Positions 62,364 to 64,000 of a stretch of 64,000 nt of DNA are shown here, piece after piece. The DNA comes from Candidatus Poribacteria bacterium. Lineage in GTDB: Bacteria > Poribacteria > WGA-4E > WGA-3G. Location: contig OZ243938.1 in NCBI GenBank assembly GCA_965214095.1, positions 4,736,001 to 4,800,000 on the forward strand, read 5' to 3'. How positions within the stretch are numbered: position 1 is the stretch's first letter; every line of letters begins with the position of its first letter. Below the pieces are notes generated by a model that was not told the origin of the DNA, did no database searches, and worked only from the letters and a program-made list of their open reading frames with translations. The position numbers and the translations under genes were made by a program.

Positions 62364-62882
62364 TTGGTTTTGGACAATAGTAAGCTAATAACTCTTTTCA
62401 CATTATCCGTTTGTCTATTAGGATGTGGGGTCGTAAAATTGGTTGATATTCAGAAAAGTACTACTGAACTTCAACTCACAAGTAATCAAAGACAGACGAT
62501 TGAACCCAAGCTGAAACTTATTCGCGACATTGTTGATGATTACGAGTTTGAAAGAAAACAGTTGGAAGGAGACCTCCGCGAATATCGGACGCTTGCAAAC
62601 GATAGAGGACTGTACAGATATGATGGAGGATTGAGCACACAACAAAGAAGGCGCGGACTAACAGAAATAAGGACAAAAGTACGAAAGTTTATTACGCATC
62701 GGAATATATTATTGAAAGAAATTGAAGATCTGTTACGAGAAATTCAGATTGAACTTACAGATGAACAACGTGTTAAATTCGCCAAACTTAAAATGCCCGA
62801 ATTAGATATTCCCCGTTCTCTTAAACCGGACCCGCATGCTGACCTAAGACATATACCTTCACACTTGATTGGGGTGCAGTAG
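62364..62882 (+). CDS. Hypothetical helical lipoprotein
   Basis: LLGC lipobox; LTxxQ motifs as in Spy/CpxP-like proteins. Confidence 0.6.
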   Translation: MVLDNSKLITLFTLSVCLLGCGVVKLVDIQKSTTELQLTSNQRQTIEPKLKLIRDIVDDYEFERKQLEGDLREYRTLANDRGLYRYDGGLSTQQRRRGLTEIRTKVRKFITHRNILLKEIEDLLREIQIELTDEQRVKFAKLKMPELDIPRSLKPDPHADLRHIPSHLIGVQ

Positions 62883-62888
62883 TCGAAT

Positions 62889-63854
62889 TTAACTTAGAAG
62901 CCGTTCAAAAAAGTGCTCTAAAAACTTGTCTGAATCTACATTGATACAAATATTTGCATTTGGTGTCGCGTTCACACGATCACTACGTAAGTCTGCAACA
63001 GTCATCCCACTCGTTAGATTACCTTCGGTTTCGACCTGTACAAAAGCAGCTACGTTTTCGAATAGATGAGGATACGCCAATATACCGATAGGTAATGCAT
63101 CATGGACATGTAAACCGTAGAAACCAACATTTTCATGGTAAAATTCCATGCACGCTTGTGTGGATTCTATTAGGAAATTGGTTAGTTTATAGTCGTGTCC
63201 TTCAGTTTCTGCAATCAATCGTTCGCCTGTCAAAACTACCTGATGGGTTACATCTAACGGGACAATGTGAATTGGTACACCTGAATTGAATACTTCATGT
63301 GCAGCATGAGGATCAACATAGACATTGAACTCCGCAGTTGTTGTAACATTACCATATTCACTGAAGACTCCACCCATCATGATGATGCTTTTAAGTTTCC
63401 GCATGCATTCAGGATCCTTTTGGATTGCAACTGATATGTTCGTCAAAGGACCCAAAGCAACGATGACTAATTCATTAGAAAAACGGTTAACCATCTCAAG
63501 AATTAAGTCTACACCAGAAATCTTTTCAATTTCACAGTTTGCTAAAGGATAACGAGGACTGCTGTCCGGATTTTGGAGTTCGCTAATGTTTCCTAATCCA
63601 TCTTTTCCATGAACGTCTTCAGCCTTTACAAGTGGTTTTACCAAGGGTTGTGCTTCGCCTTTCGCAATAATCGGATATTCAGATAATTCAAGGAGTTTTA
63701 AGATTCTCAATAGGTTTTGGGTCGCTTGGTCAACATGGACGTTTCCACTCACAGTCGTTATTGCTTCAATACGTAATTCTGGAGATTTTAATGCAAGTAG
63801 CAGTGCAAGTGCGTCATCTACACCAGGATCCGTATCTATCAGTATTCGATTCAT
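62889..63854 (-). CDS. Inosine-uridine nucleoside hydrolase family
   Basis: DTDPGVDD, HGKDGLG, GPLTN, AEFN and HD motifs. Confidence 0.93.
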   Translation of the reverse strand: MNRILIDTDPGVDDALALLLALKSPELRIEAITTVSGNVHVDQATQNLLRILKLLELSEYPIIAKGEAQPLVKPLVKAEDVHGKDGLGNISELQNPDSSPRYPLANCEIEKISGVDLILEMVNRFSNELVIVALGPLTNISVAIQKDPECMRKLKSIIMMGGVFSEYGNVTTTAEFNVYVDPHAAHEVFNSGVPIHIVPLDVTHQVVLTGERLIAETEGHDYKLTNFLIESTQACMEFYHENVGFYGLHVHDALPIGILAYPHLFENVAAFVQVETEGNLTSGMTVADLRSDRVNATPNANICINVDSDKFLEHFFERLLS

Positions 63855-63877
63855 GATTTCATAACCATATCATCTTA

Positions 63878-64000
63878 ACGTGAGTTGATAATTAAAAACT
63901 AGCAAATAGAGAGCACCTTTGTTATTATGAGATATTACAATACATACAAAGGAGTTCTCTGATGGATATCATAACACTTTTCTATGAAATTGACGACTTT
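63878..64000 (+). mobile_element. Left end of an IS982-family element (transposase start at 63962, truncated by the window)
   Basis: ACGTGAGTTGATAA terminus; AAGGAG RBS; MDIITLFYEIDDF resembles IS982 transposase N-termini. Confidence 0.65.

Overview
Bacterial genomic DNA, about 40% GC by eye, standard genetic code. The gene content (LRR/cadherin/CARDB surface proteins with 'NYPNPFNPETWIPY' or 'KLTTSWADLK' tails, PhyH dioxygenases, a Planctomycete-type DUF1501/DUF1549-1553/cytochrome-WD40 module, many REP/MITE-like palindromes) points to Ca. Poribacteria or a similar marine-invertebrate symbiont; this is inference. From left to right: a truncated metzincin-LRR protein; a same-strand envelope cluster at 3-17.6 kb; an LRR/lamin-tail gene split by a complete 1000-bp IS5-family element; a 2622-aa repeat adhesin; a cis-3-hydroxyproline dehydratase/reductase pair; an ABC transporter with DUF1854; an enolase/PhyH pair; a PHM-like copper monooxygenase; a defence-like block (degenerate primase/helicase-like protein, type ISP/IIG R-M, toxin-antitoxin); PhnY/PhnZ-like genes; an M32 carboxypeptidase; a nucleoside hydrolase; and the start of an IS982 element. 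The best finding is not in the ORF track. The outer-membrane barrel ORF at 57147-57992 extends in frame to an ATG at 56937 that encodes a signal peptide, passing through two UGA codons (TGA-GGC-GCG-TGA) followed by a stem-loop. This is a candidate exported UxxU double-selenocysteine outer-membrane protein. No rRNA, tRNA or CRISPR array was seen. All family assignments are from motif recognition; no searches were run.
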